NCBI GenBank assembly: GCA_046329205.1 | Contig: JAXLVF010000006.1 | Coordinates: forward strand, 91,077-155,076 | DNA: 64,000 nucleotides | Source: Flavobacteriaceae bacterium | GTDB taxonomy: Bacteria; Bacteroidota; Bacteroidia; Flavobacteriales; Flavobacteriaceae | Direction of reading: 5' to 3' | In this document: piece by piece, positions 39,394 through 47,861 of the stretch | Layout of the letters: the number at the start of each line of letters is the position of its first letter | Position numbering within the stretch: the stretch's first letter is position 1 | The notes under the pieces: generated by a model | What the model was told of the DNA's origin: nothing | Seen by the model: the letters and a program-made list of their open reading frames with translations, nothing else | The model's database searches: none | Translations under genes and position numbers: made by a program

Positions 39394-40734
39394 TTATTTC
39401 ACTTTGAAAACTACTTTTCTAACTAATCTTCTAGCATATTCAGAATTTCTATCAACACTATCATCGATACCATTTCCAACAATATTCAACCTAGAACCAT
39501 CAATACCAGCTTTCATCAAGATAGTTTTAACGTTTTCTGCTCTATCATTAGATAATTTTGTATTGTAATTACTTTTACCAATTGCATCTGCATAACCTAT
39601 AATATCAACAGACTTAGTAGGGTTGCTTCTTAAATAATTTAATATAAATCCAATATTATCAGTTGAAGCAGTTGTAGGAACACGTTTATCTGTATCAAAA
39701 TAAGCAGCGATATAACCATCATTGATAAGTTGTAATAACATACCATTGCTAATTTCAGCTTTATTATTGCTTATGTTGTTTGTAACTGATTTGTCAACAT
39801 ATTTTTCTAATTCATCAGGAACACCATTGTTGTTTAAATCAACCATTCTTCCTTTAGTATCAACAGCTACACCAGCAATTGAGTTGTTTTCTTGATCAAG
39901 ATAATCTGGAACACCATCTTTATCAGTATCATTCATTAGAGTTTCTATGTCTCCAACTCTTGCTTCAAGTTCACGCATTTCTTTTGATTTTTTATCTTCA
40001 ATAATTGCCCAATCTCCATGGATTTTTTCAGCACCAAATGAAATTGATACACCTAAAGAAGTACTATACATACTTCCAGTAAGGTTATTATTTGACTCAG
40101 AGTATGAACCATCCCAGTTGAAATGCTGTCTAACATTTGAATTTATTGTGAAATCAGCAAAAACACTAACATTTTTGAAAACTCTAAACTGAGGTGTAAA
40201 ACCACCAACTAAGCCGACATTAAATTCATGCTTTCCTTCATTTATACCCATTTTTGGAGTCATTTGCGCACCTTGAAAACCTAAATGAACTAAAAGTCCA
40301 AATCTTCCAGCTTTTTCTTCAATGTTAAAAAGTCTTACAGTGTTTACAACTCCTTCAAAACTAGCTTGAATTTGTTCCATTTCGAATGGTAAACTTTCTG
40401 AACCTGATAAATTTGATAAATTATCGTAAGCAATTTTTGCTCTAACACCAAAAGTTGGGCTAATCATATATCTACCGCCAATAGCAAAATGATTAAATTC
40501 AAAAGCGAAATGCTTGTTAGGGTTACTGTAATAATATCCAACTGCATAAGGTTTTGTTCCTTTACTTTGTCCTGCTTCTAACTCGATAGACCATTTGTTG
40601 TAACTGTCATATACAATCTCTTGGTCTGGCTCAATTTCTTTTTGTTCTTTATCCTTCTTTGAACTATCATTCTGTGCATAGGTTAACGTGCTCAAGAAAA
40701 TACCTAATGTAAAGGTAAGTAGGTTTTTTTTCAT
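39394..40734 (-). CDS. OmpA-family outer-membrane protein with thrombospondin type-3 Ca-binding repeats
   Basis: 446 aa. Signal peptide, N-terminal beta-barrel, DTDKDGVPDYLDQE / DLNNNGVPDE repeats, and a C-terminal OmpA domain (LSNDRAENV). Confidence 0.85.
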   Translation of the reverse strand: MKKNLLTFTLGIFLSTLTYAQNDSSKKDKEQKEIEPDQEIVYDSYNKWSIELEAGQSKGTKPYAVGYYYSNPNKHFAFEFNHFAIGGRYMISPTFGVRAKIAYDNLSNLSGSESLPFEMEQIQASFEGVVNTVRLFNIEEKAGRFGLLVHLGFQGAQMTPKMGINEGKHEFNVGLVGGFTPQFRVFKNVSVFADFTINSNVRQHFNWDGSYSESNNNLTGSMYSTSLGVSISFGAEKIHGDWAIIEDKKSKEMRELEARVGDIETLMNDTDKDGVPDYLDQENNSIAGVAVDTKGRMVDLNNNGVPDELEKYVDKSVTNNISNNKAEISNGMLLQLINDGYIAAYFDTDKRVPTTASTDNIGFILNYLRSNPTKSVDIIGYADAIGKSNYNTKLSNDRAENVKTILMKAGIDGSRLNIVGNGIDDSVDRNSEYARRLVRKVVFKVK

Positions 40735-40839
40735 ATTTGTGCTTTCAAAAATTTTACAAATTGTTAAAACTTTACAAATATAATCGTTTGTCGATAAAAA
40801 TCAACTTTTTTCTCTATAAATCAATTAATAAAAATCAAT

Positions 40840-40847
40840 TACATTTG
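40840..40847 (+). promoter_or_regulatory. Candidate -7 box TACATTTG
   Basis: TAnnTTTG 9 nt upstream of the ATG at 40856. That implies a very short leader. Confidence 0.3.
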
Positions 40848-40855
40848 AAGAAAAA

Positions 40856-41278
40856 ATGAGAATTTCAGAAATATTTGTTACTGTTGATGTCGTTTTAATT
40901 AGAGAAAATAACCATCAACTTGAGTTGTTATTGATAAAAAGAAAAAACGAACCTTATAAAAATGACTGGGCTTTGCCTGGTGGCTTTGTTGATAAAAATG
41001 AAGATTTAGAGACTGCAGCAATTCGAGAGTTAAAAGAAGAAACCAGTATCGATGTAAATAAACTAGAACAACTTAAAGCCTTTGGAAAGCCTTTTCGAGA
41101 CCCAAGAAATCATGTTGTTTCTATTGCTTTTTTTGGAATTATCGACAATACTATAGTTGCAAAAGCAGCAGATGATGCTAAAGAAGCGAAATGGTTTTCG
41201 GTTAAAGATTTACCAAAGTTAGCTTTTGACCATGATGAAATAATTAATTTTGCTTTATTAAAACAAAAATTAATATGA
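40856..41278 (+). CDS. NUDIX hydrolase
   Basis: 140 aa. Nudix box GGFVDKNEDLETAAIRELKEETSI. Confidence 0.85.
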   Translation: MRISEIFVTVDVVLIRENNHQLELLLIKRKNEPYKNDWALPGGFVDKNEDLETAAIRELKEETSIDVNKLEQLKAFGKPFRDPRNHVVSIAFFGIIDNTIVAKAADDAKEAKWFSVKDLPKLAFDHDEIINFALLKQKLI

Positions 41279-41664
41279 GGTTTCACACTAGAAAATGGGT
41301 AAAACCAGAGGATTTGAACCCTAACCACACCTTGTTTGGAGGTAGATTATTAGAATGGATTGATGAAGAATTGGCTTTATATTCAATTGTTCAGTTAGAA
41401 AATCCTAGAATAGTAACTAAGCACATGTCCGAAATTAACTTTAGAAGTTCGGCAAAGCAAGGTGATATTATCGAAATAGGAATTGATGTTGTTCGTTTTG
41501 GAACTACATCAATTGTATTAAGCTGTCAAGTTAGAAATATGATGACACGTGATATCATAATCACAATTGATACCATAACTATGGTAAGTTTAGGAGAAAA
41601 TGGTAAACCATTACCTCATGGAAAAACAGAGGTAGAATTTGTAGAAAACAGGTTGAAAAATTAA
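41275..41664 (+). CDS. Hotdog-fold acyl-CoA thioesterase
   Basis: 129 aa. LNPNHTLFGGRLLEWIDE block. Overlaps the NUDIX gene by 4 nt. Confidence 0.75.
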   Translation: MRFHTRKWVKPEDLNPNHTLFGGRLLEWIDEELALYSIVQLENPRIVTKHMSEINFRSSAKQGDIIEIGIDVVRFGTTSIVLSCQVRNMMTRDIIITIDTITMVSLGENGKPLPHGKTEVEFVENRLKN

Positions 41665-41673
41665 CGAACTGTT

Positions 41674-41952
41674 TTAGATACTTTTGAAATATTTTTTTTC
41701 AATGTAGAATGTTCCAAAGGGAATGATTGAGGCAATACATACCTCAAAAAATTTTTTGTTATTCCAGCTTTCTTCTGTTTTAAGCATTGTAGCTATTATC
41801 ATATATCCTATAAACAAAATACCATGTATCATTCCTATTACTCTAACATACTGAGGTAAATCAAAAAAATACTTCAGAGGCATTGCTACAAAAAGTAATA
41901 ATAATAGTGAAATTCCTTCTAGAGTTGCCGTTATTTTAAAAAACTTGCTCAT
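41674..41952 (-). CDS. DUF3817-like small membrane protein
   Basis: Start set at MSKFFKITATLEGISLLLLLFVAMPLKYF. Three TM helices. Confidence 0.6.
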   Translation of the reverse strand: MSKFFKITATLEGISLLLLLFVAMPLKYFFDLPQYVRVIGMIHGILFIGYMIIATMLKTEESWNNKKFFEVCIASIIPFGTFYIEKKYFKSI

Positions 41953-42074
41953 AAATTTTTTATTTGCAAAACTAAGAAACAATATTTTTTTCAAAAACTA
42001 TTTAACTTTTCAAGACACTAAATTATTATAACGTTAATTTTTAATGTTTTTTTTATCAAACACTTTTTTAATAG

Positions 42075-42082
42075 TACTTTTG
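42075..42082 (+). promoter_or_regulatory. Candidate -7 box TACTTTTG
   Basis: TAnnTTTG 18 nt upstream of the GTG at 42100. Confidence 0.4.
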
Positions 42083-42099
42083 CAAATTATTACTTTTTT

Positions 42100-43626
42100 G
42101 TGTCAAAAAACTATTACATACAGGATTTAGAAGATAAAAAAGAGCTTTATCACTATCAAAAAAGAGACATCGATACAATTTTTGATAAGATGGATAATAC
42201 TCCGTCCAACTACCATCTTCTTTATCAATTGCCTACAGGAGGTGGAAAAACTGTAATTTTTTCAGAAATTGTAAGACGCTATTTAGAACACCATAACAAA
42301 AAAGTTGTTGTTTTAACGCACAGAATTGAGTTATGCAGGCAAACATCAAGAATGTTGAATACTTTTGATGTAAAAAACAAAATAATTACCAGTGATATAA
42401 AAGAACTTCCTGATCAAGATGAATATTCATGCTTTGTTGCAATGATTGAAACTCTTAAAAATAGGTTGAATGATAAAAAGTTCTTGATTGACAATGTCGG
42501 ATTAGTAATAATTGATGAAGCACACTACAATTCTTTTAGAAAACTCTTCAGCTCTTTCAAAAAATCATATATCATTGGTGTTACTGCAACACCATTGAGT
42601 TCAAATATTAAACTGCCAATGTATCAAAACTACAACGAATTAATTGTTGGTGATACAATACAATCTTTGATTGACAAAGGTTATTTGGCTAAAGCTACAA
42701 CATATAGTTATGATGTGGGTTTGACATCTTTGAAAGTTGGAATAAATGGAGATTATACAGTAAAATCCTCAGACGATTTGTATATGAATATGGTCATGCA
42801 GGAAAAACTTCTACATGCTTACACCGAAAAATCTCTGGGGAAGAAAACACTGATCTTCAATAATGGTATCAATACTTCTTTGTATGTTTATGACACATTC
42901 AAAGAAGCTGGATATGATATAAAACATCTAGACAATACCACTTCTGCCGAAGAAAGAAAAGATATTTTACATTGGTTTAAAAAAACACCCGATGCAATTT
43001 TGACATCGGTTGGAATTCTTACAACCGGATTTGATGAACCAACTGTAGAAAGCATTATCCTCAACAGAGCAACAAAATCAATTACTTTGTATTTTCAAAT
43101 GATTGGTAGAGGTTCTAGAAAGTTACATAATAAAGATGAATTTACCATTATCGATCTAGGTAACAATGCATTAAGATTTGGTTTGTGGAATGAACCTGTA
43201 GATTGGCAACATATTTTCAAATATCCAGAAAATTATCTAGAAAGCCTTAGAGATGATGCTGAAATTGAAAAGAATTTTAACTATAAAATGCCAGATAATA
43301 TTAGAAAAAAATTTTCTAAAACAAAGGATATCACATTTGATGTTGAAACAGAATTCAAAAAAATTGTATCAACTAATTCAAAATCAAAAGAAGTTATAGA
43401 AAAGTCAATTCTGCAACATGCTGAAATGTGTGTTGACAATTCAGAAACCATCTTAGAAGCAAGAATGTTGTCAAAACTACTCAACGACGACATAGAAAAT
43501 AGGGTGAAAAAATATGTGAATTGTTTGGGGAAAACCAGCAAAAATTACAGAGAATGGCTTATTGAAGATTATAAGCAAAAATTAACACTTTCCATTGGAA
43601 CAATCTTCCGAAAAAAACATTTTTAA
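42100..43626 (+). CDS. Superfamily-2 DEAD/DEAH (ResIII-type) helicase with uncharacterised C-terminal domain
   Basis: 508 aa, GTG start. Motif I PTGGGKT, motif II IIDEAH, motif III TATP, motif VI QMIGRGSR. Confidence 0.85.
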   Translation: MSKNYYIQDLEDKKELYHYQKRDIDTIFDKMDNTPSNYHLLYQLPTGGGKTVIFSEIVRRYLEHHNKKVVVLTHRIELCRQTSRMLNTFDVKNKIITSDIKELPDQDEYSCFVAMIETLKNRLNDKKFLIDNVGLVIIDEAHYNSFRKLFSSFKKSYIIGVTATPLSSNIKLPMYQNYNELIVGDTIQSLIDKGYLAKATTYSYDVGLTSLKVGINGDYTVKSSDDLYMNMVMQEKLLHAYTEKSLGKKTLIFNNGINTSLYVYDTFKEAGYDIKHLDNTTSAEERKDILHWFKKTPDAILTSVGILTTGFDEPTVESIILNRATKSITLYFQMIGRGSRKLHNKDEFTIIDLGNNALRFGLWNEPVDWQHIFKYPENYLESLRDDAEIEKNFNYKMPDNIRKKFSKTKDITFDVETEFKKIVSTNSKSKEVIEKSILQHAEMCVDNSETILEARMLSKLLNDDIENRVKKYVNCLGKTSKNYREWLIEDYKQKLTLSIGTIFRKKHF

Positions 43627-43689
43627 CCTTCATTTTGGCTTCTGTTTTTTCATTCGATGTGCATTACATCGATAGAATTTTCCTCTACA

Positions 43690-43704
43690 TGCATTTCATC
43701 GATG
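43690..43704 (-). promoter_or_regulatory. Copy of recurrent intergenic box (reads CATCGATGAAATGCA on the minus strand)
   Basis: 14/15 identical to the box at 59034-59048. Lies 158 nt upstream of the Pel-like operon ATG. Confidence 0.3.
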
Positions 43705-43762
43705 TTTTCTTTGAATTCAACAGATTTAAAGGGATATTTAGTGTGATACTGAAACTTTAAAT

Positions 43763-43770
43763 TAATTTTG
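43763..43770 (+). promoter_or_regulatory. Candidate -7 box TAATTTTG for the Pel-like operon
   Basis: The only perfect TAnnTTTG in the 235-bp gap upstream of 43862. Implies a leader of about 85 nt. Confidence 0.3.
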
Positions 43771-43861
43771 TCGTGTTAATATTTGTTAAATGGACTACAA
43801 ATCAATTAACAACTAGTAATAAATTATTTGTTAAAATAAATTACAAGAACTAAAAGCATTT

Positions 43862-45403
43862 ATGGAAAAAAAGCACGACATAATGTTAATACTTGAGGGT
43901 ACATATCCATTCAATTCGGGTGGAGTTTCTACTTGGGCTCATATGCTATGTAATGACGTTAAGAATGCTAACTTTTCTTTGTACTCAATCAATGCATCTT
44001 TTGAACAAAAACCTAAATTTGAATTGAGTGACAATGTAAAAGATGTTATCCAAGTGCCATTATGGTCACCACTTGAACCTCAAGAGATGATTAATTATGG
44101 TAAAAAATATCATGATATTGTTTTTGTAAAAGAGAAAAATGACGAAGCTCAGATTAAAGAAAAGTTTATTCCTTTATTCAGAAGATTAGTTACTAGTATA
44201 TATTCTGACACTAGAAAAGTAGAAGACTTTGATGACATCATGTTTAAATTGTGGAAATATTTCCAAAAACATGATTACAAGAAAACGATGTTGAACATTG
44301 AAGTATGGAATACATTTTGTTCTTTAGTTAAAGATATTATTTCTAAAGATAATGAAGATGCATCTTTATACGATTTAACATTAGGTATGCGTTGGATTTA
44401 TCGTTTTCTAATACCAATTTCAATTGATGTACCGAAAGTTGATGCATGTCATTTGACAATTTCAGGATTTCCTGTTATACCAGCATTGATATTGAAATAT
44501 AAATATGATACTCCAATAATCGCAACAGAGCACGGTGTTTTCATCAGAGAAAGATTATTGGCTATCAACTCTTCTGAATATTCATTCTTCTTGAAAAAAC
44601 TTTTAATAAGATTTTCAGAAAGTATAACGGAGTTAGTTTATTATAAAGCAGACTCAATATTATCTGTAAACAAGTTTAATATCAAGTGGGAAGAAATGTA
44701 TGGTGCTGATAGCGATAAAATAGGTATCATATACAATGGAATAGATCACAAGTTATTTGCTCCAAAAGAAAAACCAGAACATTTAAAAGATGTGCCAACT
44801 GTAGTTGCTGCCGCAAGAGTTTTTGATTTGAAAGATATCATTACAATGATTAAGTCTTGTGATGTTGTTAGACAAACAATACCAAATGTTCAATACATGG
44901 TTTATGGAGATAACAATGCTGTTCCAGAATATACAAAGGAGTGTATGGATTTGATTAGCGAGCTTAAACTTGAAAATAACTTTAAGTTTGCAGGTTACCA
45001 TAGCAAACCGCACGAACTTTTCTGTGAAGGCGATGTGTCAATTTTAACTTCAATCTCTGAAGGATTTCCATATACCGTGTTAGAATCAATGAGTTGTGGA
45101 ATACCAGTAGTAGCTACTGATGTTGGAGGTGTTACTGAAGCACTTGATGAAAATTGTGGTTTCATTTGCAAACCAAAAGATCACGTAGAAATAGGAAATA
45201 GAGTTATAGAACTTCTTCAAAATCAAGAATTAAGAGAGAAAATGGGTATCAATGCTCGAAGAAAAGTCTTGAGAAACTTCACCATCGATAAGTTCATAGA
45301 GAAGTATGAGGAAGCTTATGACAGAATCTTAACTAAAGACAGAAAAGAAGTTCGTGAGCCAATCTTTATCCAAATGGGTCGCGAAGCTATGGAAGCATCA
45401 TAA
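43862..45403 (+). CDS. PelF-like GT4 glycosyltransferase (DUF3492-type N-terminal domain + GT1/GT4 C-terminal domain)
   Basis: 513 aa. The N-terminus MLILEGTYPFNSGGVSTWAHML matches the EGTYPY..GGVS.W signature of PelF/DUF3492 proteins. The C-terminal half has the retaining-GT4 block ILTSISEGFPYTVLESMSCGIPVVATDVGG (E-x7-E). Confidence 0.8.
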   Translation: MEKKHDIMLILEGTYPFNSGGVSTWAHMLCNDVKNANFSLYSINASFEQKPKFELSDNVKDVIQVPLWSPLEPQEMINYGKKYHDIVFVKEKNDEAQIKEKFIPLFRRLVTSIYSDTRKVEDFDDIMFKLWKYFQKHDYKKTMLNIEVWNTFCSLVKDIISKDNEDASLYDLTLGMRWIYRFLIPISIDVPKVDACHLTISGFPVIPALILKYKYDTPIIATEHGVFIRERLLAINSSEYSFFLKKLLIRFSESITELVYYKADSILSVNKFNIKWEEMYGADSDKIGIIYNGIDHKLFAPKEKPEHLKDVPTVVAAARVFDLKDIITMIKSCDVVRQTIPNVQYMVYGDNNAVPEYTKECMDLISELKLENNFKFAGYHSKPHELFCEGDVSILTSISEGFPYTVLESMSCGIPVVATDVGGVTEALDENCGFICKPKDHVEIGNRVIELLQNQELREKMGINARRKVLRNFTIDKFIEKYEEAYDRILTKDRKEVREPIFIQMGREAMEAS

Positions 45404-45448
45404 TACTTTCCCGATTTTTTAGTATATTTTACCCCCAAAAAACCTACT

Positions 45449-47065
45449 ATGAAAAATCATGATGAAAATATCAATAGGCTTACTATTGCCATAAAGGAAA
45501 AAATAGGCAAGCCTGTAAGTGTCAGAGTTGTAGTCGCAACTATTGAGTCACTTGGCGTTAGAGATATTGATGTCCCAGAAGATTATGGTTTATCATCCAT
45601 TAGAATTTTGGCGGATTTAATCTATCGTGATTTAACTATTTCACCTGAAAACATAGGATTAAAGAATAAAAAAGAAATTGAAAGTATTGAAAAAGATTTT
45701 TCAACTGTTCAGGTTTCAGATTATTTAATGGTGAAAGCCAAAATTTTCTTTGAATATTATCCCAAAGGAATTTTTCACCTATTTCCGGTTTTACTTCAGA
45801 TACTTGCCATTGTTGTTTTTGGCTATTCACTTTGGACTTATGTTGGGTTTAATCATACACAATCAACGGCAGTAGTTCTCGGGGTAATTGTAGGTTTAGT
45901 AACTTCTGGAGGTTTTGTTCAAGTTATTGGTAGACAAGCTTCATTCTTTTGGAATCATCAGGATTTAAAACAGACCAAAAGCATAGTAGATTATTTCATA
46001 AAACTTGGTGTTAAATCTATTTTCTTTGTACTTACCTCAATTTTTGTTATCAATTCTTTTTTCTATTTATATCCAATTCAATTCTTGTTTGTGGTTTTTG
46101 TGTATGCTTTTTTGATAGGATTGTTATTGCTAATCATTGCTCCTGTACACGTAATAAAGCAACGATGGGTTGTTTCTGTATCCATTTTTGTGGCAACTGC
46201 AGTAGCTATTTTACTTAAAAATTATACTATTCTGCACATTTATGTCACACATTGGATTGGAATTATTGTTGCAATTTTGATATCAAGGATTTACATAAAT
46301 TTTTATTTCAAAAGAAATATTAAAAAGAGAAACCATGATTCAAAAATTGTTTTGAAAACTCCAGTAATGCTTTATCACACCTATAGATATTTTTTCTATG
46401 GAACATTGCTTTACATATTTATATTTATTGATAGAATAATTGCATGGTCTTCTTCAAATTTTGATCAACACATTCCTTTTTTGGTTTATTTTGAAAAAAA
46501 CTATGAGCTTGGAATGGACTTGGCAATTTTGGTTTTCCTACTTCTAGCAGGCGTAATGGAATATGCCATTGCTGCCTTCTCAAAGTTTATCGAACTTGGG
46601 CAGAAACAAACTTCATATAAAAACAAAGAAAAATACGGAAAAAAATTGTTGCGAATGTATTGGCAAAGTATATCAATGCTAGTTGTTACAAGTATTATGA
46701 TTTTTATTTTGATGTATTATATCGTAACAGCTTCCTGGGGTTATAGAGGTCAATTTAACGAAGTATTAGATGACGTAACTATATTTGTTGGCTTTGCTGG
46801 AGGAGTTGGATATTTTTTCTTAGCTTGGGGAATGTTGAACACATTATATTTATTTACGCTAAGTCAGCCATCAATTCCCTTGAAAGCTTTGATTGTTGCT
46901 TGCATTGTTAATCTATTATTTGGTTTTTTCTTAAGTAGATTTATCTCCTATGAATATAGTGTGATAGGAATGATATTAGGAGCAATTACTTTTTGTGTAT
47001 TAACATTAAAACATTGCATCAAATTCTTTAAAAATTTAGACTATTACTATTATGCGGCAAATTAA
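45449..47065 (+). CDS. 12-TM membrane protein, PelG-like candidate exporter, with ~105-aa N-terminal soluble extension
   Basis: 538 aa. About 12 hydrophobic helices from roughly residue 108 onwards. Sits immediately after the PelF-like gene, as in pel loci. The assignment rests on synteny and topology only. Confidence 0.5.
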   Translation: MKNHDENINRLTIAIKEKIGKPVSVRVVVATIESLGVRDIDVPEDYGLSSIRILADLIYRDLTISPENIGLKNKKEIESIEKDFSTVQVSDYLMVKAKIFFEYYPKGIFHLFPVLLQILAIVVFGYSLWTYVGFNHTQSTAVVLGVIVGLVTSGGFVQVIGRQASFFWNHQDLKQTKSIVDYFIKLGVKSIFFVLTSIFVINSFFYLYPIQFLFVVFVYAFLIGLLLLIIAPVHVIKQRWVVSVSIFVATAVAILLKNYTILHIYVTHWIGIIVAILISRIYINFYFKRNIKKRNHDSKIVLKTPVMLYHTYRYFFYGTLLYIFIFIDRIIAWSSSNFDQHIPFLVYFEKNYELGMDLAILVFLLLAGVMEYAIAAFSKFIELGQKQTSYKNKEKYGKKLLRMYWQSISMLVVTSIMIFILMYYIVTASWGYRGQFNEVLDDVTIFVGFAGGVGYFFLAWGMLNTLYLFTLSQPSIPLKALIVACIVNLLFGFFLSRFISYEYSVIGMILGAITFCVLTLKHCIKFFKNLDYYYYAAN

Positions 47066-47861
47066 AATGATATTATTGTTGTTATCATCTGTAATAATGA
47101 GCAATTTTTCTGTTAAGTCTCATGAAAAGGAAGATGTATTGTTTTGTTATGGAAAATTAAAAGCACAGAGTATAGTTGGTTATAAGTATGTTGTGCTGGA
47201 AGCTAAGCATTACACAAAATCTGAAATAGCTACTATCAAAAAAAACAATGTACACGTTCTAGCATATATAAGTTTAGGAGAAATTAATGCGCATTCAGAA
47301 CATTATAAAATGCTAAAAGACAATACATTAGGTAAAAATGAAAACTGGAATAGCCACTATCTTGACTTGAGTTCAAACAAAACAGTCGTTGCCTTGATGT
47401 TGATAATCAAAGATTTGATGAATGATGGGTATGATGGATTGTTTTTAGATAACATAGATAATTTCAGCACCTTTGGTAAACAAAAAGAACATAAAGAATA
47501 TCTTATAAAGTTTTTATCCAAACTAAGAAAGGAATATCCAAAACTGTTTTTCCTTCAAAATGCTGGATTAGATATCGTTGATGATACGAATAAGTTTGTT
47601 GATGCTGTTGCAATTGAATCTGTTGCAACAAATTATACTTTTAATGATAAAAAATATAAACTTAGAGACGAAGAGGACTATAAAAAATACATAACTAAAT
47701 TAAAAAACATTAATAATAAATATAGTTTACCGATTATATTGATTGAATATGCAGATACCAAAAAACTGCATGATGCTATTGTAAAAAGAATTTCATCAAC
47801 AGGCTTTTCATTTTTTATTGGAAAAATTGATTTGCAAACTTTACCAAAGTACACCAAATAA
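47052..47861 (+). CDS. Secreted GH114 / PelA-hydrolase-domain-like endo-alpha-1,4-(N-acetyl)galactosaminidase candidate
   Basis: 269 aa with a signal peptide. VLAYISLGEI and DGYDGLFLDNIDNF match the conserved Y.S.GE and DG.FLD..D blocks of Glyco_hydro_114 TIM barrels. Confidence 0.7.
   Translation: MRQIKMILLLLSSVIMSNFSVKSHEKEDVLFCYGKLKAQSIVGYKYVVLEAKHYTKSEIATIKKNNVHVLAYISLGEINAHSEHYKMLKDNTLGKNENWNSHYLDLSSNKTVVALMLIIKDLMNDGYDGLFLDNIDNFSTFGKQKEHKEYLIKFLSKLRKEYPKLFFLQNAGLDIVDDTNKFVDAVAIESVATNYTFNDKKYKLRDEEDYKKYITKLKNINNKYSLPIILIEYADTKKLHDAIVKRISSTGFSFFIGKIDLQTLPKYTK

Noticed and set aside
40735-40855. Repeated words (TTACAAAT x2, ATAAAAATCAA-like x3) between the OmpA-family gene and the NUDIX gene
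   Set aside because: They are short, AT-only and imperfect, so they are indistinguishable from chance in this composition. I did not count the partial TCGATAAAAATCAAC match as a copy of the recurrent box.
42100-43626. SF2 ResIII-type helicase as a possible defence-system component
   Set aside because: It stands alone. There is no adjacent nuclease, methyltransferase, ATPase partner or other defence-island hallmark. The neighbours are small housekeeping genes, so a conserved core helicase is more likely.
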